From an uncultured Planctomycetaceae bacterium (lineage in GTDB: Bacteria > Planctomycetota > Planctomycetia > Isosphaerales > Isosphaeraceae): a DNA stretch of 64,000 nt. The notes under the pieces were generated by a model that saw nothing but the letters and a program-made list of their open reading frames with translations, was not told the DNA's origin and made no database searches. Location of the stretch: positions 2,656,001 to 2,720,000 of the forward strand of contig CAWIAD010000002.1 of NCBI GenBank assembly GCA_963833985.1, given 5' to 3'. Positions within the stretch are counted from its first letter, which is position 1; each line of letters begins with the position of its first letter. This document shows, piece after piece, positions 1 to 10,626 of this stretch. The translations under genes and the position numbers were made by a program.

Positions 1-1
1 T

Positions 2-364
2 GAAACCGAGTCCTCTCAAACCCTCGAGAGCACTGGTGATCTCGGCGTTCGTGCAGTTCTGTGCCATGGCCCAGGAGGACATGGTCTTGAGCAAATAGAC
101 ATTGCCATTCTGGTCGAGGAAACGCCGTTTCTCGGTACTCACGCGGACGGGCCAGGCAAAGGTTGAAGTGGTTCCCGGGGACCCCTGTGCGGACGAACGA
201 CCCGGGTCGGCGCCAACATTTCCCGAGTTTGCGCTTCCGTGCCAGGTTCTGTTCCCGGGCGCTGAGCTCAGCGTGCCAGTTGAAGCGAGGGACAGAAGCA
301 GAGCCGACCCGAGAATCATCTCAGCCCGGAACGCGTAGCGACGACGCAGAGATCGAGTATTCAT
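2..364 (-). CDS. Secreted DUF4038 (apiosidase-like) glycoside hydrolase, 5' part only; runs off the window start
   Basis: Not in the ORF track. Hand translation from ATG 364 (AGGAGG upstream) gives MNTRSLRRRYAFRAEMILGSALLLSLAST...FAWPVRVSTEKRRFLDQNGNVYLLKTMSSWAMAQ...LRGLGF: a signal peptide followed by a DUF4038-like N-terminus. Confidence 0.6.
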   Translation of the reverse strand, partial: MNTRSLRRRYAFRAEMILGSALLLSLASTGTLSSAPGNRTWHGSANSGNVGADPGRSSAQGSPGTTSTFAWPVRVSTEKRRFLDQNGNVYLLKTMSSWAMAQNCTNAEITSALEGLRGLGF

Positions 365-804
365 GCAGCCCTCCTGCCGAGAGAGGAGGAGTCGTTGATT
401 CGAAATCGTACATGGCGAATGCGCGATTCTCGATCATCGGTCGTCGCAAGGGAAGAGACTGGAGCCCATGGGGATGGATGCCTTCGTCCTCACCGGCCGC
501 CGGCAAGGCAGGGGAAGCATCATCATGCCGTGCTCGGCCGGAGGAAGGCCTCGGGCGGCAGGCCCTGTGGAGGTGCCAGGGTTTCGGAATGTCAACACCA
601 CGCGGCCCCGGGTCGAGCGATCGAGTTTGATCGCGCAGTAGACTTGATTTGCCCGGATCATGCACGCAGCCTGGACATGGCGCCGGCGACCGAGGATGGA
701 GAATCTCATTTTTTGTCCTTTCAAATCGCACTTTGGCGCTCATACTGTTGCTAGCACCGTCAGTACGCTGATCGTTTCGGCGAACCGCACCTGGAGATGG
801 CACC

Positions 805-2058
805 ATGCCCCGCCGACCTCGTCGAACGCTTCGCGCTGGTTGCGAGCCGCTGGAGGATCGAAGCCTGCTGTCGATGCTGACTCCGGCGCAGGTGCGGGAG
901 GCGTACGGGATGAACTCCGTGGCCTTCAATATCAACGGGCAGTCGCACGCGGGTACCGGCCAGGGGCAGACCATCGCCATCATCGGCGCGTACCATAACC
1001 CGAACGTCACGGCCGAATTGCGGGCGTTCGACGCAACCTACGGGCTGTTCAACCCTCCGGTCTTGCAGCTTGACCTGGCCGGGTCGACGACGAACCTCGG
1101 CTGGGCCCAGGAAGAAGCCCTGGACGTGGAATGGAGCCACGTGATGGCCCCCGGTGCGTCGATCATCGTGGTCGAGGCCGCATCGGATAGCACCGCCGAC
1201 CTGATGACCGCGGTCAATTTCGCGCGCACGCTGCCAGGCGTTTCGGTGGTCTCGATGAGCTGGGGCGGGGGGGAGTTCCGCGGTCAGGCCGCTTACGACC
1301 CGATCTTCACGACGCCGGCCGGGCACAACGGCGTGACTTTCGTGACGGCCAGCGGTGACAACGGTGCTGCCGGAGGGGCAGGCTGGCCCGCATCCTCGCC
1401 CAACGTCGTGGGCGTCGGCGGCACCTCGCTGTGGGTTGACGCCGCGGGGAACATGCTGCTGGAAACGGCCTGGTCCGGCAGCGGAGGGGGTTACAGCGTG
1501 CTCGAGTCGGAACCAAGCTATCAGCGGGCCGTCCAGCGCAGCGCGCGGCGCTCCACTCCCGACGTCGCGATGCTGGCCGACCCCGGTACCGGCGTTCCGG
1601 TCCTGCTGGTCGACCCCAACTCGTCCCAGGCGTCATGGTCGGTCTACGGCGGTACCAGTCTTTCCGCCCAGCTCTTCGCCGGCATCGTCGCCGTGGCCGA
1701 CCAGGGGCGGACGCTCGAGGGGGTAGCGACCCTGGACGGTCCCTCGCAGACCTTACCGCTGCTCTACTCGGTCTCCGCGGCGGACTTTCACGACGTGACC
1801 GCCGGCTCCAGCGGCCACCGGGCCACCGCGGGCTACGACCAGGCGACCGGGCTGGGCTCGCCCCGCGCCGCGAGCCTGATCAGCGACCTGAGCAACCCGA
1901 ACATCCGCATCACCATTCAGGCTCCGGTTTCGCGGGCCCGGTCGCGGGTCATCCGGTCGCGGGTCATCCGGCCGCGGATCGAGGCGCCGGCCTTGCTTTC
2001 GCTGAGCAGGGCGTCGCAGATGATCAGCCGGCGGCACGCTCCGTCGCAACGAGCTTGA
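805..2058 (+). CDS. S53 (sedolisin/kumamolisin) family serine peptidase with planctomycete LEPRxLL-type leader
   Basis: EEALDVEW (catalytic Glu/Asp), SMSWG, ASGD oxyanion Asp, GGTSLS catalytic Ser, GYDQATGLGSP Ca-binding end; N-terminal CEPLEDRSLLS. Confidence 0.9.
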   Translation: MPRRPRRTLRAGCEPLEDRSLLSMLTPAQVREAYGMNSVAFNINGQSHAGTGQGQTIAIIGAYHNPNVTAELRAFDATYGLFNPPVLQLDLAGSTTNLGWAQEEALDVEWSHVMAPGASIIVVEAASDSTADLMTAVNFARTLPGVSVVSMSWGGGEFRGQAAYDPIFTTPAGHNGVTFVTASGDNGAAGGAGWPASSPNVVGVGGTSLWVDAAGNMLLETAWSGSGGGYSVLESEPSYQRAVQRSARRSTPDVAMLADPGTGVPVLLVDPNSSQASWSVYGGTSLSAQLFAGIVAVADQGRTLEGVATLDGPSQTLPLLYSVSAADFHDVTAGSSGHRATAGYDQATGLGSPRAASLISDLSNPNIRITIQAPVSRARSRVIRSRVIRPRIEAPALLSLSRASQMISRRHAPSQRA

Positions 2059-2108
2059 GGATGGGTCGAGCGAACTGCTTCGGTCGATCGGTGCTGTGCC
2101 GGCTCAGC

Positions 2109-2711
2109 TCAGTCGGCCTCGTCGAGCGGCACGTTCCAGTAAGCGTCGGAGAGGAACCGGGACCACGAGGCGATGCGCACCGACGAAGCGTCGTAGAGCG
2201 GCTTCCAGGCGGGCCGGATGGGAGACTTGCGCAGTTTCATGCTGGCCTGGTCGGGAGTGCGGTTCGCCTTGCGGGCATTGCAGGCGACACAGGCCAGTGC
2301 GCAGTTCTCCCAGGTGGTCTGCCCTCCCTGCGAGCGCGGAATCACGTGGTCGATGGTCAGCTCCGACGTGCCGGGTCGGCCTCCGCAGTACTGGCACGTG
2401 GAATGGTCTCGCTTGAAGAGATTGCGCCGGCTGAAGGTCACGGCGTTGTACCGCGGACGATCGTGATGTGTCAGCGTGAGGACTTCGGGGACGCGCAGCC
2501 GGAACCGCACGGTGCGGATGAAGAGCTCGCCGTCCTGCGGGGTTAGCTTCGCCCAGTCCGCCCACGAATAGAGCTGGAAGTTGTCCGGATCCACGACATG
2601 AGCGGCGTGGTTCCAGAGCAGGACGAGCGACCGCGCCACGGTGGCCACATGAACTGGCTGCCAGTGGCGGTTCAGCACCAGTGTCGGTCGTTGCAGAACG
2701 CTCACAGCCAT
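2109..2711 (-). CDS. HNH endonuclease (McrA-like)
   Basis: TLVLNRHWQP N-terminus; RD..CQYCG...TIDHVIPRSQGG...WEN...ACVACNARK; start at ATG 2711 inside the longer track ORF. Confidence 0.92.
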   Translation of the reverse strand: MAVSVLQRPTLVLNRHWQPVHVATVARSLVLLWNHAAHVVDPDNFQLYSWADWAKLTPQDGELFIRTVRFRLRVPEVLTLTHHDRPRYNAVTFSRRNLFKRDHSTCQYCGGRPGTSELTIDHVIPRSQGGQTTWENCALACVACNARKANRTPDQASMKLRKSPIRPAWKPLYDASSVRIASWSRFLSDAYWNVPLDEAD

Positions 2712-2928
2712 GATGTACGAACTCCCCGCCCCATCCGCTGTCTCCCTGGCTCGAGATCTCGGCTGGACAATCGGCAAAGACTCCGCTTGAGTCATCATAA
2801 CCAGGAGACACGGCACACCTGCAACCGGGTTCTCGGAAAAGCGGCAGGAACCGGCGGAACCTGGTAGACTGGGCGCACGCCCGGATGGCGCCCGGAGATG
2901 CTCTGCCCACAGGCAGGAACTCACGTTC

Positions 2929-4199
2929 ATGAGAGCCGAAATCATCGCCATCGGCAGCGAGCTGCTGAGCGGCCAGGGGCTGGATACCAATAGCCAGTGG
3001 CTGAGCCGGGAACTGGCGGCCCTGGGCATTCCGGTGGGGTTCCACACGACGATCGGCGACCAGCTCGGCGACCATCTCGCGGCGTTTCGGATCGCCGCGG
3101 GCCGGGCCGCCCTGGTGATCGTCACAGGCGGACTCGGTCCGACGCAGGACGACCTGACGCGTGAGGCGCTAGCCGTGACGGCCGGTGTGGCCCTGCGCGA
3201 GGACCCCGCGTCGCTGGAGGCAATCCGCGCCATGTTCGCCCGCCGCAACCGGCCAATGGCCGAGCGGAACAAGGTCCAGGCGCTCGTTCCCGAAGGCGCG
3301 GGCCCATTGCCAAACCGCGTCGGCACCGCACCGGGAATCTGGATGGGGCTGGGCACGGCCACGTTCGCCTGCCTGCCCGGCGTCCCTTCCGAGATGCGCA
3401 TCATGTTCCACGAGCAGGTCCTGCCCAGGCTCCGGCAGCTCGGCTGGGGCGGCCGGGTGATCCTCGAGCGCAAGATCAACCTCTTCGGGCGGGGCGAGTC
3501 CGACATCGAGGCCAGCGCCCTTGACCTGACGGCCCGCGGCCGTGTGCCCGAGGTGGGAATCACCGCGCACGACGCCACCATCAGCCTGCGGATCCGCGGC
3601 GAGGGTGCCACCCCGGACGAGGCGCTCCAGCAGACCGAGGCCACCGCCGCGATGATTCATGAGCGGTTCGGCGACCTGGTCCTGGGCGAGGGCACCACGG
3701 ACGTCTCCGACGCCGTCGTCCTGGACTTATTGCGCACCGGAGCGACCCTGGCCACGGCCGAATCGTGCACCGGCGGGCTGGTCGCCCAGCTCATCACGGC
3801 CATCGCCGGGGTGAGCCCGTTCTTCCTGGGTGGCGTGGTTAGCTACTCGAACGCGGCGAAGACCGCGCTGCTGGGCGTGCCGGCCGGGCTGATCCAGGCC
3901 CACGGCGCGGTCAGCCCCGAGGTCGCCGCGGCCATGGCGCGGGCGCCCGCGACCGCCTGGGCGCCGACCTCGCCATCAGCACCACCGGCGTGGCGGGGCC
4001 CACCGGCGGCACGGCCGAGAAGCCTGTGGGATTGGTTTACCTTGGCCTGGCCACGCCGTCCGGCGTTGAGACCCGGCGGTTGGACATTGGCCCGGAACAG
4101 CCCCGTGATATCATCCAGCGGCGCTCCGCCAAGCTCGCGCTGAACTGGGTGCGGCTCACGCTCCGCGGATGGCCGGACCGCCAACCCGCCACCCCCTGA
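2929..4199 (+). CDS. cinA: CinA family competence/damage-inducible protein (MoCF + PncC NMN deamidase domains); frameshift near 3945
   Basis: [39 protein letters not shown]; the C-terminus ([15 protein letters not shown]) continues in ORF 3990-4199. Confidence 0.9.
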
Positions 4200-4299
4200 T
4201 CGAAGGCGTGCCGAGCCCGCCACGCAAAAAAGCGGGAACAAAGCTCCGGGTTGCCCGCAGTATCATGGCAGGAACACACTGTCACCAGGGAGCCCAGCA

Positions 4300-7200
4300 A
4301 TGCCGGTCGAGCCAGTGGTCCTGTTTCGTTCCATCGACCAGCTACTGCATCAAGGGACCGTCGCGGGTCTGGATGAGCGCGCACTGCTGGAGCGGTTCGC
4401 CACTCATCGTGACGGCCGTGCACTCGGCGCGCTGATCGCCGCGCACGGGCCGATGGTGCTGGGCGTGTGCCAGCGCGTCCTGCGCGAACCGCAAGATGTC
4501 GAGGATGCCTTCCAGACCACGTTTCTGGTCCTGGTTCGCAGAGCCGGCTCCATCCGCGACCCCGGCCGGCTGGGTGCCTGGCTCTACGGAGTGGCCCGCC
4601 GCACGGCCTTGCGGCTGCGGAGACGCCTGCAAACGCGCGGAGCCCGGGCCCTGGACCGGAGCGCTCTGCTCGCCGACCCCGCACCCGGACCCTCGCAGCG
4701 CGCCGAGGACGCCGAGATCGTGGGCCTGATCGACGGCGAGCTGGCCCGGCTGCCCAGGCGCTACAGGGACGTCCTGATCCTCTGTGACCTGGAAGGCCGG
4801 ACCTACACCGAAGCCGCGAAGCAACTGCGCTGCCCGCTGGGCACGGTGCAGAGCCGCCTGGCGCGGGGCCGAGCGCAACTCCGCGGGCGGCTGGAACGCA
4901 GGCGGCTCGATCCGGTGGCGTCGGCCTTCCCTTTAGCGCAGGTGCTGCCCGTGAGTCTGCCTCGATCGCTGGCCGACGCAACGCTCCGCGCCTGCGAGGC
5001 AGCGTGGCCGTCTGGCCCTGCCATGGGACCGGGCGCTGGACTGGTGGAATGGTCCGTGGGACTGGGCCAATCGACACTCCGCGGGATCGCGGCCCTGTCG
5101 CTCATCACCGTACTTGTGGCGACCTCGTTCGCCGCCTTTGGCTTCGCTCACCGCCGGAACCAGGCTGCCCGGCCGGATCCAGCCGCACCACCCCTCGCCC
5201 AGGAACGCGTGGCGGACCAGAAGCCCGAACACGAACGCAAACTTCAGCTCGAGGTCCGCTCGGCCGCCGAGAACCGCCCGTTACCCGGCGCATCGGTCTG
5301 GGTCCAGGTGCGGGGTGGCAAGTCATCGGTTCCCATCATCGCCCGGACAGACGAGGCAGGGCGGTACTCGATCGAGCTGGCGGGCGAGAACATCGCGGCC
5401 GTCGACGTCGTGGCCGCGGCGGAGGGCCATGTACCCAGGTTCATCCGCTGGCAAGGTGCAAGCCTTCCGGAAGACCCGGTGATCGGGCTGGAACGCGGCC
5501 TGCACATGGGTGGCAAGGTCGTCGACGAGCAAGGCCGGCCGATCGCCGGGGCGCGAGTCCTTCACTGGTCGGTCGTCGCGGAGGGCGAGGAGGTTGCCGG
5601 TGCGCTCACCGACGCACAGGGGCGCTGGCGGTCCGAGTCGTTGCCGTCCACGGCGGTCCGCAATGGAAAAGACAGCGCGATGGGCCTTCGCGTCAGCCAT
5701 ACCGATCATGTGACGGCGATGGCGGAGGTGAGTGTCGCCGCGGCGCGAGCGGGGACCTGCGTCGTCACGCTGAAACAGGGCGGACAGGTTGGGGGCCGCG
5801 TTGTCGGACCCGACGGCGGAGCGGTCGCGGGGGCCCTGGTCGTGCTCGACCAGACCGTGGGCACGCGCTGTTTCAACCGGACCACGACCGATGCCGCCGG
5901 GCGGTTCCAGTTCGGCCACTGGGCCGCGCCCGAGAGCCGCTCGGTAAGCATCAGCGTGCAGGCGCCCGGCCTGGCCGCGGCCGTCAAGTCGTTGCTTGTC
6001 ACGCCGTCCATCCCCCCGCAAACCATCCAGCTCACGAGGTTGAGCCCGCTCGCAGGCCGGGTGCTCGATTCTCAGGGCAGGCCGGTGGCCGGGGCATGGG
6101 TGGGAGCGTCGGAGATCCTTCCGGCTGGCTGGCTGGACTGGAATGCCGTCACCGATACCGAAGGCCGGTTCGAGTGGCCCCAGGCGCCCACGTCCGACGA
6201 GATCGCGCTCGACCTCCGCAAGCCGGGCTTCGAGGAAGCGATCGGCCGCCGTCTCGAGGCCGGCAGCCGGAAGATCACCATCACCATGCATCGTCCTTTG
6301 CACCTGCACGGCAGGGTGACCGACGCGGAGACCGGTCAGCCGATCGATCGCTTCACGCTCATTCGCGGCTGGGGCCCGCACCGGCCGGGAGCCGGCGTGG
6401 AATGGCTGCGCCAGGGGAGCAACCTCCCGAACATGGCGGGCGGCCGGTTCGATCTTCAGGGCGGCCTGTTCCCGGACCAGGGCCAGCCGCGCTCGATTCG
6501 CATCGAGGCCGAAGGTTACTTGCCCGCCGAGCTGATCGGCTTTCGCGACGATGCCGAGGACATTGCCCACGACTTCAAGCTGCGCAAGGCAACGCCGATC
6601 ACGGGGGTCGTGCGCGGACCCGATGGCCGGCCCGTGGCGGGCGCCGAGGTTTCCCTGAGCAACTCCGACAACCATGTGCGGCTCGAGAATGGCCGGCTGG
6701 TCACGAACCTCACCGTCGGCACGGCCACCCACACACGAACAGGCGCGGATGGCCGCTTCACGTTCCGGCCCCAGGAAGGTCCGGCTGCGGTCGTCGCGGT
6801 GCACGACCAGGGCTTTGGCGTCCTGAAATCGGCACGCCACGGCGGTTCTGCCGACGTGGAGCTGAAGCCGTGGGGACGGATCGAGGGGGTACTGAGGATC
6901 GGTAAGAACCCGGCGGCGCGGCGGAAGGTGAGTGCCTGGCTGAACAACTCACCGTTCTACGGCCGGGACGACTACGAGACCCAGACGGACGCTCAGGGCC
7001 GCTTCGTGCTCGAGCGCGTGACGCCCGGCGCGCTCACTGTTTATCGCTACGTTGATACCCCGGACCACCGCGGCTGGGTTCCCTCGAACCCGGAGTTCGT
7101 GGAAGTGAAGCCGGGCCAGACCGTCGCCATCGAGGTCGGTGGTCGCGGCCGACCCGTGATCGGCCGGATCCAGGCCCCCGCGGGCTTCGCGCTGGCGAAC

Positions 7201-8013
7201 CTGGTCCCGGGCTTCGCCGAGCTCAGCGCCATCCATCCCGAGCCGCGTCAACCCGACGATTTCCCCGGGTTCAACCGGGATCAGCGGAACGCCTGGTACG
7301 AAAGCTACTACAAAACCGCCGAGGGCCGCAACGCTTACCAGCAGGACCGCAAGTACGCCGTCGAGCTCGACGAGGCCGGCGCCTTCCACATCGACGACGT
7401 CCCCGCCGGGCAATACGCCTTGAGGCTCCCTTTCCGCGCGCGCACCGGCAACGACGCGTTCGAGCTGCGGGCACTCGCCTGGCGCGCGCTCACGGTACCC
7501 TCCATGCCGGGCGGCCGCAGCGACGAACCGCTCGACCTGGGCACGATCCGGCTCGACGTGTACCGGCTGAACCAGCTCAAGACCGGCGACCTCGTGCCCG
7601 CCTCCTCCCGCAACGCCGCGGACGGACGGCCCTTCGATCTGGCTTCCTACCGCGGCAGGTTTGTGCTGCTGCATTTCTGGGCGACGTACCGTGAGGAGTC
7701 GATCGCCGATCTTGCCTTCCTGGAAGAGGTGGATAGGGACTTCGGCTCCGATCCGCGTTTCGCCATGGTCAGCCTGAGCATGGACCTCCAGCCGGACGCA
7801 CCACGGCGCTATGCGGCCCATCGCGGCCTGCGCTGGGAGCAGCGGTTCCTGGGGATCAAGGGCGAGATCTGCGATCCGATCGCCGCGTCGCTGGGGGTCG
7901 AGTTCCCACCCCAGATGGTGCTCATCGGGCCCGATGGCCGGCTCATCGCCACGGACCTGAAAGGCCCGGAGACTCACCAGGCCGTCGCCCGCGCGCTGCG
8001 AGCCAGACCCTGA
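4300..8013 (+). CDS. ECF sigma-70 factor with long C-terminal extension (TM helix, carboxypeptidase-regulatory-like beta repeats, TlpA/redoxin-like domain)
   Basis: Region 2 DVEDAFQTTFLVLVRR..LGAWLYGVARR; region 4 LPRRYR...GTVQSRLARGR; hydrophobic helix; repeated GRVxDxxGxPxAGA / TDAxGRF units; terminal VLLHFWAT...LIGPDGRLI. Confidence 0.88.
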   Translation: MPVEPVVLFRSIDQLLHQGTVAGLDERALLERFATHRDGRALGALIAAHGPMVLGVCQRVLREPQDVEDAFQTTFLVLVRRAGSIRDPGRLGAWLYGVARRTALRLRRRLQTRGARALDRSALLADPAPGPSQRAEDAEIVGLIDGELARLPRRYRDVLILCDLEGRTYTEAAKQLRCPLGTVQSRLARGRAQLRGRLERRRLDPVASAFPLAQVLPVSLPRSLADATLRACEAAWPSGPAMGPGAGLVEWSVGLGQSTLRGIAALSLITVLVATSFAAFGFAHRRNQAARPDPAAPPLAQERVADQKPEHERKLQLEVRSAAENRPLPGASVWVQVRGGKSSVPIIARTDEAGRYSIELAGENIAAVDVVAAAEGHVPRFIRWQGASLPEDPVIGLERGLHMGGKVVDEQGRPIAGARVLHWSVVAEGEEVAGALTDAQGRWRSESLPSTAVRNGKDSAMGLRVSHTDHVTAMAEVSVAAARAGTCVVTLKQGGQVGGRVVGPDGGAVAGALVVLDQTVGTRCFNRTTTDAAGRFQFGHWAAPESRSVSISVQAPGLAAAVKSLLVTPSIPPQTIQLTRLSPLAGRVLDSQGRPVAGAWVGASEILPAGWLDWNAVTDTEGRFEWPQAPTSDEIALDLRKPGFEEAIGRRLEAGSRKITITMHRPLHLHGRVTDAETGQPIDRFTLIRGWGPHRPGAGVEWLRQGSNLPNMAGGRFDLQGGLFPDQGQPRSIRIEAEGYLPAELIGFRDDAEDIAHDFKLRKATPITGVVRGPDGRPVAGAEVSLSNSDNHVRLENGRLVTNLTVGTATHTRTGADGRFTFRPQEGPAAVVAVHDQGFGVLKSARHGGSADVELKPWGRIEGVLRIGKNPAARRKVSAWLNNSPFYGRDDYETQTDAQGRFVLERVTPGALTVYRYVDTPDHRGWVPSNPEFVEVKPGQTVAIEVGGRGRPVIGRIQAPAGFALANLVPGFAELSAIHPEPRQPDDFPGFNRDQRNAWYESYYKTAEGRNAYQQDRKYAVELDEAGAFHIDDVPAGQYALRLPFRARTGNDAFELRALAWRALTVPSMPGGRSDEPLDLGTIRLDVYRLNQLKTGDLVPASSRNAADGRPFDLASYRGRFVLLHFWATYREESIADLAFLEEVDRDFGSDPRFAMVSLSMDLQPDAPRRYAAHRGLRWEQRFLGIKGEICDPIAASLGVEFPPQMVLIGPDGRLIATDLKGPETHQAVARALRARP

Positions 8014-8029
8014 GCGCTGACGCGCTCTC

Positions 8030-8836
8030 TCACGGCGCGGCCGCTGGCGTGATGGAATTGCCTTGCACCGTCCAGCCCTGCCAGATGCGGGCGGTCTCCT
8101 GGTGATGCTCGCGGTTCCAGAGCGTGGCGCGGTCAAGGAGTGCAATGCGGTGCGGCTCGTCGCACTGGACGGCCTCCAGCAAGAGCGCGGCAAGCTCGTG
8201 TTCCGGGGCACTGGAGACGGCCGCCTGCTGGATCTCGACGCTCGTCTGGGGGTCCGGCCGGGTCTGCACGGCCAGCGCGTAGAGTGCCCAGAGGCGGAGG
8301 ATCGGGTCGCGCAGCCGGCAGATCTCGCCCAGCCGCTCGCGGGAGATGGCGTGTCCATGGGTCGCGGCGTAGGCCAGAGGCCGCACGAGCGCCAGCCGCA
8401 GCCAGCCGGGCCAGTCCGGGCTGCGGGCCAGGGCGGTCACGTAGCCCTGCGGATCCTCGGCCACGAACCCGACACCGATGCCCTCGGCCGTGACCGCACG
8501 GGCCATGTCGGGAATCTGCCGGCTCAGGCTCAGGTCCCACAACTGGCGCTGCTCGACGCGCGGATCGCGGCTCAGCGCGTAAGCGGCCTGCACCCGGCGG
8601 ACCTCGGGCTGGCGCGCGTCGTTCAGCACGTAGATGCGTGCCCACACGTCGCGCAGCGTCCAGGCACGATAGCCGAACCAGCTGACCAACGCGATCACGA
8701 TGACCAGACCCAGGATGCCGAGATAAAAGAGCGATCCGTATTTCTCGCTCTGGCTCCGGGCGGGGACCTGCGGATTGTTCAGGATGGGCAAGGAGGGAAG
8801 CTGAGATCGTTGCGGTTCGCTGGAATTCATCATCAT
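8030..8836 (-). CDS. Hypothetical single-pass membrane protein with helical-repeat-like body
   Basis: 268-aa ORF with TM segment LFYLGILGLVIVIALVSWFGY; fits between the flanking genes. Confidence 0.65.
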   Translation of the reverse strand: MMMNSSEPQRSQLPSLPILNNPQVPARSQSEKYGSLFYLGILGLVIVIALVSWFGYRAWTLRDVWARIYVLNDARQPEVRRVQAAYALSRDPRVEQRQLWDLSLSRQIPDMARAVTAEGIGVGFVAEDPQGYVTALARSPDWPGWLRLALVRPLAYAATHGHAISRERLGEICRLRDPILRLWALYALAVQTRPDPQTSVEIQQAAVSSAPEHELAALLLEAVQCDEPHRIALLDRATLWNREHHQETARIWQGWTVQGNSITPAAAP

Positions 8837-9054
8837 TCCGGGACTTTTTCAGACGGAAGCCGCGCCGGCCATGCGGGGAAGGTGGGACTGAGGGTATTCG
8901 AGTCAGCGCTTTTGACCGGGCGAAGGAGGGAGCCTAGGCTTCTTCAAGAAGTCCCAACCCGCCGTGGCCAGGTGATTCGAGTTCAGGTCCATTGGAATCC
9001 CGCGGGCGCGACCACGACAAGACACGATCCCGGATTTTCTCTGAGGGTATTGCG

Positions 9055-9237
9055 ATGTTCAGGCCGTTATTGCAATTCTACCGGGATGACCAGGCGGCCA
9101 CTGCGGTGGAATACGCGGTGCTCCTGGCCCTCATCCTCGTGGCCGTGATGACCGCGATCAACGCAGTGGGTGATAGCACGCACGGCATCTGGGCCAACGA
9201 CGCCAGCACGATCGAGACGGCGACCGGAGGCTCCTGA
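9055..9237 (+). CDS. Flp family type IVb pilin
   Basis: MFRPLLQFYRDDQAATAVEYAVLLALILVAV: Flp motif with E+5/Y+6 and a hydrophobic helix, 60 aa. Confidence 0.88.
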   Translation: MFRPLLQFYRDDQAATAVEYAVLLALILVAVMTAINAVGDSTHGIWANDASTIETATGGS

Positions 9238-9435
9238 TTCCTGGCCGGCCGCTCCGCATCCAGCCGCTTGCGAGCACGATTCCGGATTTCCGCCGGCGGC
9301 GTGCGGCTGTTAGGATGGTACAGGCGTCCGGCCTGGATCGTATCGGCGGCACGGCCCGCGCGGGTCGCGCACCGCGGCACCCGAGCGCCGTCCGTCCGCC
9401 AAGCTGCCAGGCCGCCAGGCCCGCCCGTGTCGTCC

Positions 9436-10610
9436 ATGAAGCTCAAGTGCACCCCCGATGATTTCCAGGTCGAGGAGTTGACGTCGCTGGAGCCGGCGCC
9501 ACGGGGCGGCACGTCCTGTATCGCCTCAGCAAGCGTGGGCTGGGCACCATCGAGGCGGTCGAGGCGGTCTGCCGGCGCTGGAACCTGGCGAGCCAGCGCA
9601 TCAGCTATGGCGGGCTGAAGGACAGGCACGCCGCGACGGTTCAGTATCTCACCATCCGCGACGGGCCGGACCGGGCGCTCCACCAGACGAGCTTCGAGCT
9701 CCAGCCCATCGGCCGGCTGAATCATCCTTACGGCCCCCAGCACTTCCACGGCAACCGGTTTCGCCTGGTCGTGCGCGACCTCAGCCGCGCCGAGACCGAG
9801 CGCGCGCTGGAACGGCTGCAATCGGTCACCGCCGACGGCCTGCCGAATTACTTCGACGACCAGCGGTTCGGCTCGCTGGGCCGCTCCGGCGAGTTCATCG
9901 GCCAAGCCTGGCTGCGCGGCGATCACGAGCGAGCGCTCTGGCTGGCCCTGGCCGAGCCCTTGCCGTTTGACCGCTCGGCGGACAAGGCGCAGAAGGCGAT
10001 CCTGCGCGAGTGCTGGGGCCGCTGGGCCGAGGCCAAGGCCCGCCTCGACCGGTCGTCCGCCCGGAGCATCGTGACCTACCTGGTCGATCATCCGGCCGAC
10101 TGTCGCGGCGCGTTCGCCCGGCTCAACCGGCAGCTTCGTTCGCTCTATTTCTCGGCGTTCCAGAGCCATCTCTGGAACCTGTTGCTGTCGCGCTGGGTCG
10201 AGCACAGACCCGGCCCGAACAGCGCGCGGTGGTGGACATGAAGGCTGCCCTGCTGACATTCCCGCGGCGCTGGAGCCCGAGCAGCGCCAGAAGCTCGAGG
10301 CGGCGCCGCTGCCGCTTCCATCCGCCCGGACGCCCTTGCCGGGCGAGCCGCACGGACCGATCATCGCCGAGGTCCTGGAGCCGTTCGGCCTCTCCTGGAA
10401 CGACCTGCGCGTGCGGCACCTGAAGGACGTCTTCCTCTCCAAGGGAGTGCGGCAGCCCCTCTTCGTCCCGGGAACCTCCAGGCCGCGGGGTCCGACGACG
10501 AGCTCCACGCAGGCCGCCACGCCGTGACCATGAGTTTCGAGCTGGGCAAGGGCTCGTACGCGACCATCCTGGTGAAACGGGTCTTCGAGGTGGCCGAGGA
10601 ACAGGCTTGA
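9436..10610 (+). CDS. truD: tRNA pseudouridine(13) synthase TruD; several frameshifts (about 9500, 10205-10270, 10485)
   Basis: MKLKCTPDDFQVEE, GGLKDRHA (catalytic Asp), PNYFDDQRFG, SAFQSHLWN and FELGKGSYAT recovered across frames. Confidence 0.85.
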
Positions 10611-10626
10611 CCACGGCGGGCGGCGG

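Noticed and set aside
2109..2929. HNH gene as part of an RNA-guided or mobile system
   Set aside because: No RuvC motifs, flanking repeats, IS ends or recognisable ncRNA; only a ~220-bp divergent promoter region.
2712..3644. N-terminal extension making a 511-aa HNH protein
   Set aside because: It is the antisense of cinA plus intergenic DNA; the HNH family N-terminus starts at 2711.
5004..8358. Long alternative-frame and antisense ORFs (e.g. 5004-6905, 5323-6840, 6949-8358; likewise 34842-36425, 36471-38219, 52169-54073)
   Set aside because: These are expected in high-GC DNA; they are Arg/Gly/Pro-rich, motif-free and overlap well-supported genes.
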